Shown piece after piece: positions 52,457 through 64,000 of a stretch of DNA of 64,000 bases. A program made the position numbers and the translations under genes. The notes below the pieces were generated by a model. The model saw nothing but the letters and a program-made list of their open reading frames with translations. It searched no databases and had not been told where the DNA came from. The DNA comes from Octopus vulgaris (lineage: Eukaryota), in NCBI GenBank assembly GCA_951406725.2, contig OX597815.1, positions 214,892,001-214,956,000 of the forward strand, in the 5' to 3' direction. Positions within the stretch are counted from its first letter, which is position 1; each line of letters opens with the position of its first letter.

Positions 52457-54898
52457 TAGGGTTTCTTAATTCCCAAGAATTCTTCATTCTCAGGAAATCA
52501 GAAGTATAAAAGAAATAATTTTAAGTTCCTGGGAATAGAAACTAAATTTTATTTTTCATTTCCCAACTTTCTTATTCCATGATTTAGAGTTTTGGACAAT
52601 AGAAAGCAAGAATCAGGAACATGAGAAAAATTATTTCATCAAAATTAATTTATATAGAAGACAACAAATTATAGAAAATTTGAAAATTTTCCTGAATTCT
52701 AAAAAATATTTCTGTCAGATTGATACTATTATCACAAGAAATATATGTTGTCAGTGTTGTCACTGAAACTTGATCACAATTTTTTAACAAAGAGCCTTCT
52801 TCAAAAAAAAAAAAGGGATTATCTTTGCTTCAATGGAAGTTGGAGCAATAGTAATAACAGCAAGACATAGTTTCTGCAAATTAATGGTCCTATGTTCAGT
52901 AATTTCAAACATTCTAATTTCTTTCACATTGTTTTTTTTACTTCTTTTGTATCAAGATTATTGAGTCCTCTCTTGATTGTCTTCAACAGTTTTTTGTTAA
53001 TTGGTTAATCCACATTACTCCATTAAGGACATAGGGCTGGTTTCCCAGTTTCTCTGGCATATATGTTCCTCCTTGGATGAGATGCCAATCTTGCAGGATT
53101 ACTTATTTTTACCAGCTGGGTATACTAAAGCAACATGAAGTGTTTTGCTTAAGAACACAATGCATGACCCAGTCCAGGAATAGAAACCAAAATCTTACAA
53201 CCATGAGTTCTACACCCTAACACTAAGATATGTGCCACCACTGTTTTTTTTTTTTTTGGTTTTGTTTTGATTTGTTTTTCTGTTAATGGCAACATTTAAT
53301 CTCTCTAGTGGGAACATTTCTTTTGATGGAAAATGTGCCTCAGTTATCAAGAGCTCAGATTTCAAATGGGAAATAAAGGATTCTTCAGACAAAGTGAGGG
53401 TCATTTCTTTCAACAGCAATATTTTGCAGTGAAGTAAGTTTCTGTTGGAAAAATTAGAAATTAATCAAGTGCATCCAAAATTAAAAGAGGATTATATGAA
53501 TTCTTCATTAATCTTATCACATTATTTTATTCCTTCAACGTTTATTTTCTTGACACTTTCTCTCAGCCAGGAGCTCATTGGAGTATTTTTTTCATTTCAG
53601 TTCTAGAATTGTAATGAATAGGCCTTCTGCAGAAACTAAGATTAAATTCCATCGATCTAGTTTTTCAATGTTAATGTTAATTGGTTTTAATCACACCTCA
53701 ACTGCATGTACAGCATTAAATTTGTCTGAAAAGTCAAGTTATTGTGCTATACCAATCATAACTTTTGCAATACACCCTTTAAAGAAGAATCATTCTACTG
53801 TTGTAATAGTCTCACCGATTAATTGCTATTTATGATCATGTTTCTCTTCAACATACTTGTCTGTAGTATTTTATCTTTTGTTTAAGGCCTACAGAATGAA
53901 CTGACATTGCCAATTCTTAAATTTTCTTTATCAGAAAGAGTTTTCTGCTTTTAAACCTATTTCATTAAGTTAATTTAGTTGCAGATCAATATAATTGTTA
54001 AATATATTCATAATTGTAAAAATCTATGTTTTAATCATGTCCTCAAATGTACTTTCAAACTCATCACCATCATCATTGCAAGGATTATTAGCCAAAGTAG
54101 TTTCATCTCTATAGTTCAGTTTTCTTCTAAAGAACATCACAAACAATATAATTTTCATGAACATAACGCAATTAATGGTCCCAATTAATATCCTCATTAA
54201 ATTTAATCAGGACATTTACTCTATCAGATATGTCTGCAACTATATACTTTTTATTTAAATCAAGGTTGAATTTAGAAATATTTGTTTCTAAAAGATCAGT
54301 AATTTTTTAGTATCCATAAATTCTGATAATTCTAAGTCACATAATTTAGATATCTGCAATTATGCAAGGATGTATTTGTTTATCTAAAGAAATGGCCAGT
54401 TTCTCTTTCTTTTAGTTATTTCACTTATCATATTTTTTTTAAACCCTAGAGACACTAAATCGTCTGCATTAAATAAGGACCATTCTTAGATAAAACCAAA
54501 ATATTATCTGCAATATCTTTCCTATTAAATACATGTTAAACTATAGCTTTTATAGAAAATCTATCAATAGCAATTAACATAGATTCTATTTCTTCTATAG
54601 TTTTGGTATTTATCCATAATGAAGATTATTTTCTGTTGGCCAATTCTTTTCAGAAAGATCTGTCTTCAATTGTACTAGTTTCTGAAAAGATGTCTGTTAA
54701 CAATCTTTAAATGGCATAAAAGATTACTTGTTGAACCATTCAAGTTCTTTAAGACAGTCTTGCAATCTATAATTAACTTTTAAATAATACAGCTGAGAAT
54801 TCCTGAGAAACAGAATGCAGTCCTGAGAATTCCAGATTACATGTTTAGCCAAATTTCCTGGGAATTTTGGATTCAGGGATTCTGGGTGAGAAGCTCTA
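52457..54898 (-). mobile_element. Decayed hAT-family DNA transposon (with SINE-F insertion)
   Basis: Minus 52927->52740: VKEIRMFEITEHRTINLQKLCLAVITIAPTSIEAK...LFVKKL*SSFSDNTDNIYFL resembles the hAT C-terminal dimerization domain. Imperfect ends TAGGGTTTCT/TAGAGCTTCT, subterminal GGGAAT/GAATTC repeats, and flanks gctgtaga/actgcagg as a possible decayed 8-bp TSD. Confidence 0.6.
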
Positions 54899-55958
54899 AC
54901 TGCAGGTGTCTGTCTCAATGGCATTGTAACGCAAACAGAATGTAATTCTTGATGCTCCTTAAACAGGGATGAGCAGCCGATTCTTGGAGATATTCCTTGC
55001 AGCAGACTCATATGTATTGAGAAGGGAGGGGTGTATTTACTTACCTAGCACTGTTGAATCTAGAATTAAGTTTTGAGTTTCAATTCTTTTACTTGTGTCA
55101 GTCATTATACCGCAATCATACTGGGACACCATCTTAATGAGTTTGGTTAAGCAAATTTACCCTCAGTACACATTATTAAGCCTGGTACTTATGCTATCGG
55201 TCTCCTTTTGCTAAGCTCAGAGAACATAAATGAGTGTTGGTTGTCAAGCAGTGAGACACAAAAGTCTCTAATGAGCTTACAGGCTCTTTGGGCTGAAGCT
55301 TATTCCAGCTACCATAGCATACTAGTGACTGAGATTGTAAGCCTCCCCATCTCAAACAAGATTACAGTCACAGGGTACTAGCAAAAGCTAATACCATCAC
55401 AGGGTACTAGCTTTTGCTAGTACTTATTTTAAGCTGAGTAGATTGGAGTAAGACAAAATTAAGTATTTTGCTCAGGGACATTATGTGTCACTTGATCCAG
55501 GAATTGAAACCATGACCTTATGATCATGAATGTAATACCCTAACCATTAGGCCACAAGCTTTTACTGCCTTTATGTAGTCCTTTTCATGATAGCATAGTT
55601 TATACATCAGTGATTCTTATGATAGAAAATTAAAGAATGCTCCTTTGTCTGTGCATGATTCAAAGCAATTCCATTGCATATACATTTCGGAAAGACAAAA
55701 TCCTCAATGTGCTATGTCTTATAAATCCTTTGAGGCTTCATGTTTGTGAGTTCAGCTTTGGCCAATACATTGGCAAGAAAGGGCTGAGCATTAACCAAAG
55801 TGACTTTTCCTATGACAACTAATATTAATTATTGATTAATATTATTTTATTCTCTCCATATATTTATTTATAATTAGCTATTTAGTGTAACCTGCTTTAT
55901 ATATGTCATACTATAGTACACTAAGTGATCAATAATACTGTTTCAAAAATTGTTATAC

Positions 55959-56029
<71 letters not shown>

Positions 56030-56059
56030 TCACTCCCCTCCCCTTTCTGCTTGGCTTTG

Positions 56060-56450
56060 CAAACAAAGATTTCCAGAGCGGGGGTGTCCATATTTGTTGC
56101 AGGCTTGCTGATGGTCATCAAGTCCAATTTCGGACTGGCAAGCATGACTGCAAAGACTGCATAGGAAGATGAACTGGTCAGGGTTTGTCACTGTCCTTGT
56201 TTTTCCTCTTGCCTGCAAGGTTGGTCCTGTGGATGTCTTTAAAGGAGATTATTGCCCAGAGGACAGTGAGATGACAGGCTTTGCAGTCAGCAGCAAGAAC
56301 AGACCACTTGGTGTTGATCAATGTAACAAGTATTGAGGAACTTCTTTCAAGAGAGTCCTTGTTCTTCTTCTTTGATACTCCTCTATCACAATCACCAGAG
56401 GATAATTTGCCATACAGTGTTTTCTTACATTCTGTCATTATTTTGGCATT
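56060..56450 (-). mobile_element. RTE-group LINE 3' end with C2HC-like zinc finger (decayed)
   Basis: KKTLYGKLSSGDCDRGVSKKKNKDSL and CSLCSHACQSEIGLDDHQQAC. Confidence 0.6.
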
Positions 56451-57764
56451 GTGCATTTGATAATGCTACTGTGACTTTGGTGAAAAGTGCTCAGTTACTA
56501 TAGACTCAGTTTTGATTGGGACAAAGTTTTGCCTGACTGCTTATTCAGCTGGTAGTGAAAAATTTTCTTTTTAATGTTTATTTAGGAAAATTTTCATTAT
56601 AAGTAAAAATTGGTTAAGGAGTAAATTACAATTATGGGAAGAATCCTATAAGAGAAAAAGAATGTGTTTTATTATTTATGGGTGAAATTCTTAAATGTAA
56701 AATTAAAAATTAGGGAATGGAGAATGAATGGATGAAGAAAGAAATTATATTTAAAGTGTGTGAAGGTTAAGAAATGGTTGAGTTATGTAGAGAGGAATTG
56801 TAAGAGTAACATTTCTTTAAAATTTTTCAAGGTCAAAGAGAATATTTTTTTAAACTGACCGAGTTATTACATGTATATAAATATATATTATCATCATTAT
56901 TTAACATCCATTTTTCCATGGTTGCATGGGTCGGACAGAATTTGTCGAGGCAGATTTCCTACCACCTGATACCCTTCCTGAGCAAGGTAATATTTCCCCA
57001 TGGCCAGACATTTTTACAGAATATCGGAAATGAACAACCTTCCTTGTATGATGGTGATGCTCATTTACAGCCATCATGTGACGCCTAGACAAGATACCCA
57101 TACACACATACATATAGAATGGGCTTCTTTCAGTTTCCATCTACAAAATACACTTGCAAGGCTTTGGTTAGCCCAGAGCTAGAGAAGACACTTGATCAAG
57201 AACTGAACCCCAAACCATATGGTGGGAAGCAAGCTTACCAAACGGCCATGCCTCATATTGTAAAATGATTGGTGTTATGTAAATGAGCATTGACATCACA
57301 GGTTTGAGAAGATCCTTCAGTCTGTCAAACTCTCTAATGCTGATGCCATGATCAAATGCTCCCAACACCCTCTATGGAAAGGTTAGTGTTAGGAAGAGCA
57401 TCCAGTTATAGAAACCCTGCTAATATGAAACATTCAAGACGTGCCCCACTAACTATATCTAGGAAAACAGTAACTCCAAATAAGAACCCATTGTATCTCT
57501 TACAGCATGGATGGCAGACATAAAAGGACAATGATATTTCCAGAGGCTTATTAAAGCTTCCAGGTCTATTACAATGAGTTAACAAACTAGTTATTCAATA
57601 CACTACTATTAGTTAAGAGTATGTAGTATATTCTCTTCATGCTACATATTCATACTTGGATGGAATGAACTATGTACTTAGGCTAACTTTGTTGACAGAG
57701 TACAAATTATTACCCCATCTTCATCTAGCAGAACTCTACCATGGTTACTCTCTTTTACTCTTAC

Positions 57765-58137
57765 TCTTTTACTTGTTTCAGTCTTTTGACTGTGGCCATG
57801 CTAGAGCACCGCCTTTAGTCAAGCAAATCGACCCCTTTGTAAGCCTAGTATGTATTCTATCGGTCTCTTTTGCTGAACTGCTAAGTTATGGGAACATAAA
57901 CACACCAGCATCGGTTGTCAAGCGATGTTAGGGGGGACAAACACAGACATACAAGCACATACATATATACATATATATGATGGGCTTCTTTCAGTTTCCG
58001 CCTACCAAATCCACTCACAAGGCTTTGGTCAGCCCAAGGCTACAGCAGAAGACACTTGCCCAAGGTGCCACGCAGTGGTACTGAACCCAGAACCATATTG
58101 TTGGTAAGCAAGCTACTTACCACACAGCCACTCCTGC
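57765..58137 (-). mobile_element. SINE family A
   Basis: Reverse complement of the consensus. Other copies at ~58385-58797(-) and ~61175-61600(+). Confidence 0.8.
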
Positions 58138-60044
58138 ATTCTTTGGATTATCAGAAATCATACTTAATTTAACCATTTTTCATACATTTTTTCCATTGTG
58201 ATGGAATACAATTATGTGGTTTTGGCCAGAATTATAGCAGCAGATCAGCTAATCTATGACAAAGGTGTTTTGCAGATGTATTTATGTCTATATCAAGAGC
58301 ACCAATGTATGTGCACAAAATGGAAACACAACCTTATTAGTATGATTATCCTTCCTAGCATACAACCATTTCTACATATCTTTTTATCTTGTTTCAGTCA
58401 TTGGACTGCAGCCATCCTCAGACACTGCCTTGAAGGGTTTTAGTCAAACAAATCAACTCCAGTGCTTATTTTTTGTTTGAATCTGGTACTTATTCTATTG
58501 ATCTCTTTTACTGAACTGCTAAGTTACATTGACCTAAACAAACCAATGGCAGTTGTCAAGTGGTGAGGGGCACAACCATAGATACAAAGACATACATACA
58601 CAAGTACACTCATATGATATACATATGTGTGTATGATGAGCTTCCACACAGTTTCCAAATACCAATTTCTCTCACAAGGCATTGGTCAGCCCAAGGGTAT
58701 AGTAGAAGACACTTGCCAACCAAGGTACGCGACAGCGGGACTGAACTCAAAACTAAATAGTTATAAAGCACAATTCTTTACCACACAGTTATGCCTGTAT
58801 CTATATTCTGTCACCATTTAATACATGTTTGATATAGATTTGATACAAATTGCAATACATAGGCAGAATCGGTAGAGTATCAGACAAAATGTCTTGTAGT
58901 ATTAATTGCAGCTCTTTACATTTTGAGCTCAAATTCTACCAAGGTTATTTTTGCTGCTCTAAGTTGGATAAAATAAAGTATTCATTAAATACTGGAGTTC
59001 ATTTTACTGACTATACCAGTCATGAGAACACTGTGGCCTTCAAGACTTTCTCAATGGTATGCTGAACAAGAAATTACCTGGAAATTTTTTTAGTAGTGCT
59101 GCCTGTCTAATGAGCTATTTCTCATATGGCCTGCATCTTGAAAAAGGTGCCCCCCTCCCCCAACACTTGGTTATGAAGAAAACTTGGTTATGTGATGATG
59201 TAAGAAATCAATATGTAAATGTATTCTTTCCTCAATCTTAATAAATGATTATTTAATTTTCACTATCATTAAGCTACAGCAGTAAAATAAATCTGCTTCT
59301 GATACGAAAACAATTGTTAGTGAAGCCTATGTGTGTGTATGTATGCACCACAGTGTATGTGTGTGTAGTTGATCTGTATGTGATAGTCATATATGTGAGG
59401 GTATTTGCATGTGCTTTGAGTCGATGTTTATGGATGTATTTATGATTGCTCTTGGCTGTTATATGCTGCATAGAAGTTTCCACATGTGAATATAATGTAT
59501 GTCTTTGTGAAGGTCGACTTTGCCTTTCATCGTTTTTTATGGGGGGGATCAATAAAATAGGTACCAGTTGAGCACAGGAGGTCAATGTAATCGACTTACT
59601 CCTTCCCTTGAAAACACTGGCCTTGTGCCAAAATTTGAAACCAATATTATGTATGTCTCCTTTAGTGTGTGCATGTGTATGTGTGTGTACATGTGTGTAT
59701 ATCATTTTACACACTATCAAGCTATAGAATTAGCTGAACATTCACAGCTCTCTCTCTCTCTCTCCACTCCCACAAACAATAAGCACAACATCAATAAGTA
59801 GTACAACAGAAGGAACTTCATTCTATGTGCAAATACCTAATCAATGTTTAGGAATTCCTAATAAATTGAAAATACCCAGATATGTTGTATATAATTTGGC
59901 CAACTGCATATAATTAAACTAGCTCAGAAATTAGTATCAAAGCTGCTCACTTAAGATTTAAGATTAATAAAATGTGATAAAGCTTCATTTGATCTGCTAG
60001 AAATAGTCACTGAATCTCCTTCAAATTATATCCAATGCCTTTAA

Positions 60045-60101
<57 letters not shown>

Positions 60102-60103
60102 CA

Positions 60104-60296
60104 ATTTCGGCCAGAGTTCTTTCATCACACCTCTGTGACCTCATCAGTGGTCATTTGCTTTCTTCTTTCTTATTTGTGTGTCTCTCCTTACTAATGATCA
60201 GCCATTTTGTATGGAGAGACACACAAATAAGAAAGAAGAAAGCAAAGGACCACCGATGAGGTCACAGAAGTGTGATGAAAGAACTCTGGCCGAAAT
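60104..60296. repeat. Near-perfect ~83-bp-arm palindrome carrying hammerhead-like cores in both arms
   Basis: Left arm 60104-60186 and right arm 60212-60296. Each reads C(T/C)GATGA-GGTCA...TGGCC-GAAA outward. Confidence 0.75.
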
Positions 60297-60725
60297 AAGA
60301 TTAAGGTTAATGTAAAAAATAACAACAATCCTTTCTACTAAAGCACAAGGCCTGACATTTGGAGGGAGTGGGGCCAGTCGATTACATCAACCCCAGTTCT
60401 TGACTGGCACATATTTTATCAACCCCAAAAGTATGACAGGCAAAGTCGAACTCGGCGGAATTTTAACTCAGAACACGAAGACAGATGAAATGCCACTAAG
60501 TGTTTTGCCCAGCATGCTAATGACTCTGCCACTTCACCGCCTTAGTAATTAATAGTAACAATAATAATTATAACAACAACAAGAATATCAGTAATAATGA
60601 TATTTGACAGTGTAATCCTTGATATACAAGTGACAAGAGGGTCACGACTAGAATGCCTCCAATCATAGGTCTGCTTGCTTACATTCAATTTTTAGACACT
60701 ACAATTTATTTCCAGTCCACTTTAA

Positions 60726-60931
60726 CCCTTTTGATAACAACCTGGCTGAAACTGCCTCTGGTTCTGTTTTCAAAAGTTCTGAATTAAAACCTTCCACCAA
60801 ACCTTAGTCACAATTTATGTTCCTGACACTAGCTTAATAATAACTAATTTATTTTACTAAATTCTTTGTTGTATTTAAAATTAATTGAAAGAAACACAGA
60901 ACATCTCAACAGAAATACAGTAACGAAAGGG
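60726..60931. mobile_element. piggyBac-type MITE (second family)
   Basis: TTAA|CCCTTTTGATA...GTAACGAAAGGG|TTAA. Confidence 0.65.
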
Positions 60932-61335
60932 TTAAGCTCTGTTTATCTTGTGACTACTTGCTAAAAATGAAACAAAAAATATATTTAATTAGTACTTAAT
61001 TAATGTCATTACATAGAATATGATTAAACTTTTTCTCTTCTCCTATTTAGCCTGAAAGCTATAATTTATTTTAATTTCAGTAAATCCATAATGAATTTTC
61101 CAAACATTTTATTATCCCTGGTGGCTGACATATTTCAATATATAAATTATTTGTTAAACTTCTACTAACAAGCACAGGCATTGCTGTGTGGTTAAAAGAT
61201 GCTCACATTGCAACCCAGTGGTTTCAGGTTCAGTCCCTTTGCACAGCACCTTGAGCAAGTTCTACTATAGCCCCAGGGAAACCTATGCCTTGTGAATAAA
61301 TTTCATAGATGAAAACTGTGTGGAAGCCTATCATC

Positions 61336-61400
<65 letters not shown>

Positions 61401-61959
61401 TATGTGAGTGTATGTGTTTATGTTTGTCTCCAGTATCACTTGACAATCAGTGTTTGTTTGTTTACATTCCTATAACTTAGCAGTTCAGCAAAAGATGCTG
61501 ATAGAATATGTACCAGGTTTAAAGATATGTTGGGGTCAGTTTGTTCAACTAAACCTTCCAAGGCAGTACCCATAGTTCAATGACTGAAACAAATAAAAAA
61601 CCAAAAGATTTGTCATTTTGCTTTAGCTGGGGTGGGGAATTAGCAGAACCGTTAGAGCATTGTGCAAAATACCTTGTATTTATTTCAATTCTTTACATTC
61701 TGATTTCAAATCCTACCACGGTAAACTTTGCTTTTCATCTTTCCACAATCGATAAATCATAGTAGCAGTTAATTACTTGGGACAGTATAATCAATTGTTC
61801 CGTCCTTGAAAATTTGTGTCTGTGCCTAAATCCAAAACCATCATCATCATCGTCATTATTAATATTATCATTATTATTATTATTATTATTATTATTAACA
61901 CATTCATAACAGATTAGACAGTTGAAAATAAAAATGTCTAACATCAGGCTACAACAAGT

Positions 61960-62625
61960 AATCTTAGATGCCAAGAACCCTCCTAAGTACCCTAGCTGTT
62001 CCTAATAATACTGTTTTCTAGAGCTGTACTAAACCAGGTATTATGCCTATTTCCCCTATCCATCTGTTCAACTCTTTAGGGATAGTTCCTAATGTACCTA
62101 TAATTACTGAGATACATTTTACCCACACTTTCTATAGTCTCTGTAATTCAATGGCTACTTTGCTATTTCTTTTCTATATCTCTCATTGACTTTTTTTCAT
62201 CATTTGGGACTGTAAAGTCAATTATCTGGCACTTTCTATTCACTGATCATTATTATTATTCCTTCGTAACACAGTGTAGGTAAAAGTCTTTCGTCCTCTG
62301 TCAAGTCACAACAAGGACCTCAGACAGATAATACTTTCCTTAAGATGTGTGCTGTGCCCAATAAGGCTGCTTTTTGCAAGACATCAATCTTGCATGGGAT
62401 GTCCTGCTGCCTTAAGAAGACTTGAAGTTTCAATGTGATTCAGCCCAATGCTCCAATCACCACTGCTATCACTTTTACATTACCCTCTCACATTCCATAC
62501 AGTCTTGCCATTTCCACTTCCAATTCGGAGTTCTTGGTGATTTTTTTTCAACCTCGTTACTCGCAACATTCATGTCATTTGGTATGGCTACATCAATGAT
62601 CTGACAGTATTTGCCTCTCTTATTC
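61960..62625 (-). mobile_element. Two tandem R4/Dong-like RLE 3' fragments
   Basis: Minus-strand remnants CQIIDFTVP...ELQRL...VIIGTLGTIPK (61960-62245) and CQIIDVAIP...LRIEVEMARLYG...LQKAALLGTAHILRK (62270-62625), separated by (TTA)n. Confidence 0.6.
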
Positions 62626-62649
62626 AATTATTATTATTGTTATCATCAT

Positions 62650-63110
62650 GAATGAGAGAGCAGTGCATGCCATCAAAGTGACACTGGGGTAAAATATACG
62701 AAGCCCAGTATACCCATCATACCTGTCTGATGAGGGTACACTAGGCACATGCATCACAACCATCATGATCTCATATCAAGATAAACAGTGCATGACCTTG
62801 CAGGTGGGTTAGAATTTTCATCAGATTGAGTAGCCCATCCCGCTCAAAAGGTCCCTGAATAAGGGTTGTTTAAGGATGTTGAATGAAACACCCATGTTTC
62901 CAGAAGTGAATTATTCAAACCCCAAAGGATCCCTCTCGACACATTGCTATGATGTTCCCCCACTACTTCTGCTCATGATCAGAGATGCACATATCGTCAG
63001 CCACTAAGGGACATGCTCAACTGGTTAAGGTCAGACAACTGACAAGCAAATCTATAGTATTAAGCAGGATATTTGCTGTAGCCCATCTTTTGTACTAAGA
63101 CAAAACAATG
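62650..63110 (-). mobile_element. Family D repeat
   Basis: Same sequence family as 50675-51110, extended with gatatttgctgtagcccatctttt...agacaaaac shared with 30590-30735. Confidence 0.7.
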
Positions 63111-63204
63111 TACATAGAAACTGGGAAACCGGGCCCATGAGCCTGGCTAGGCTTTAAAAGGGCGCATTTATTATTATTTTATTATTATTATCATTATTAT
63201 TATT

Positions 63205-63730
63205 AAGGTGGTAAGCTGAACAAAATGCTTAGTAACATTTCATCCAGCTTTATGTCCTGAGTTCAAATTCTCATCTATTTTGAGTAGATGAAATAGGTAC
63301 CAGTTAAGCATTGGGGTCAATGTAATCAACTAGCCCCTCCCCCATATTTTAGACCTTGTACCTATAGTAGAAAGGATTATTATTATTAAGGTGTTGAACT
63401 GGCAGAATTGTTAGTATACTGGGCAAAATGTTTAGCGGTACTTCATCTGTCTTCATACTCTGAGTTCAAATTCCAAGATCAACTTTGCCTTTCATCTTGT
63501 TGGGGTCAATTAATTAAGTACCAGTGAAACACTGGAGTCGATGTATGCCAGGTGAAACGCTTAGTGGTATTTCACCCATCGCTATTTTCTGAGTTCAAAT
63601 TCTGCTGAGCTCATCTTTGCCTTTCGTCCTTTCGGGGTTGATTAAATAAATACCAGTTATGCACTGGTGTCGATGTAATTGACTTAATCCCTTCCCCCAA
63701 ATTTGAGGCCTTGTGCTTCCAGTAGAAAGG

Positions 63731-63765
<35 letters not shown>

Positions 63766-63980
63766 GGTGGCAAGCTGGCAGAAACGTTAGCATGCCTGGC
63801 AAAAGGCATTGCAGCGTTTTGTCTGTCTTTACATTCTGAGTTCAAATTCTATCAAGGTTGACTTTGCCTTTCATCCTTCCAGGGTCACTTAAATAAGTAC
63901 CAGTTGAACACTGGAGTCAATGCAATCAATTTTCCCCTCCCCCTAAAATGGCTACCCTTGTGGCAAAATTTGAAACCATT
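63205..63980 (+). mobile_element. Tandem array of about 4 SINE-B copies joined mostly by (ATT)n
   Basis: Repeated aaggtg...ctggcagaa...gagttcaaattc...ctttgcctttc...taccagtt...gtagaaaggattattatt units. Confidence 0.8.
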
Positions 63981-64000
63981 ATTATTATTATTATTATTAT

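Noticed and set aside
53530-53835. Possible further NELL exon after tctctcag/tttcag acceptors
   Set aside because: No EGF/vWC cysteine pattern in the frames I read; the region lies within the decayed hAT element.

Overview
AT-rich, microsatellite- and transposon-dense eukaryotic (animal) DNA. The repeat landscape resembles an octopus/coleoid cephalopod genome (inference, not proven). The only host gene I can support is the 3' part of a + strand NELL-family gene (NELL1/NELL2-like). Eight GT-AG exons (9841-47793) splice in frame to 301 aa: end of TSPN/LamG, coiled coil, two vWC domains, EGF, cbEGF. The last exon reads into a Ser-rich plus hydrophobic tail resembling a GPI-anchor signal instead of the four further EGF and three further vWC domains of vertebrate NELL. 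The rest is mobile DNA: CR1/L2-like, RTE and R4/Dong-like LINE fragments, Tc1, mariner and hAT fossils, piggyBac-type MITEs, Helitron-like elements, several tRNA-SINE families, and hairpin elements with minimal hammerhead-ribozyme motifs. Highlights: (1) a candidate short, membrane-anchored NELL; (2) a 5S-rRNA head joined to a LINE 3' tail (SINE3-like), with a matching LINE tail in the same window; (3) seven loci with Penelope-type minimal hammerhead motifs; (4) (TAA)n arrays acting as landing pads for several element families. Repeat boundaries were read by eye and are approximate.
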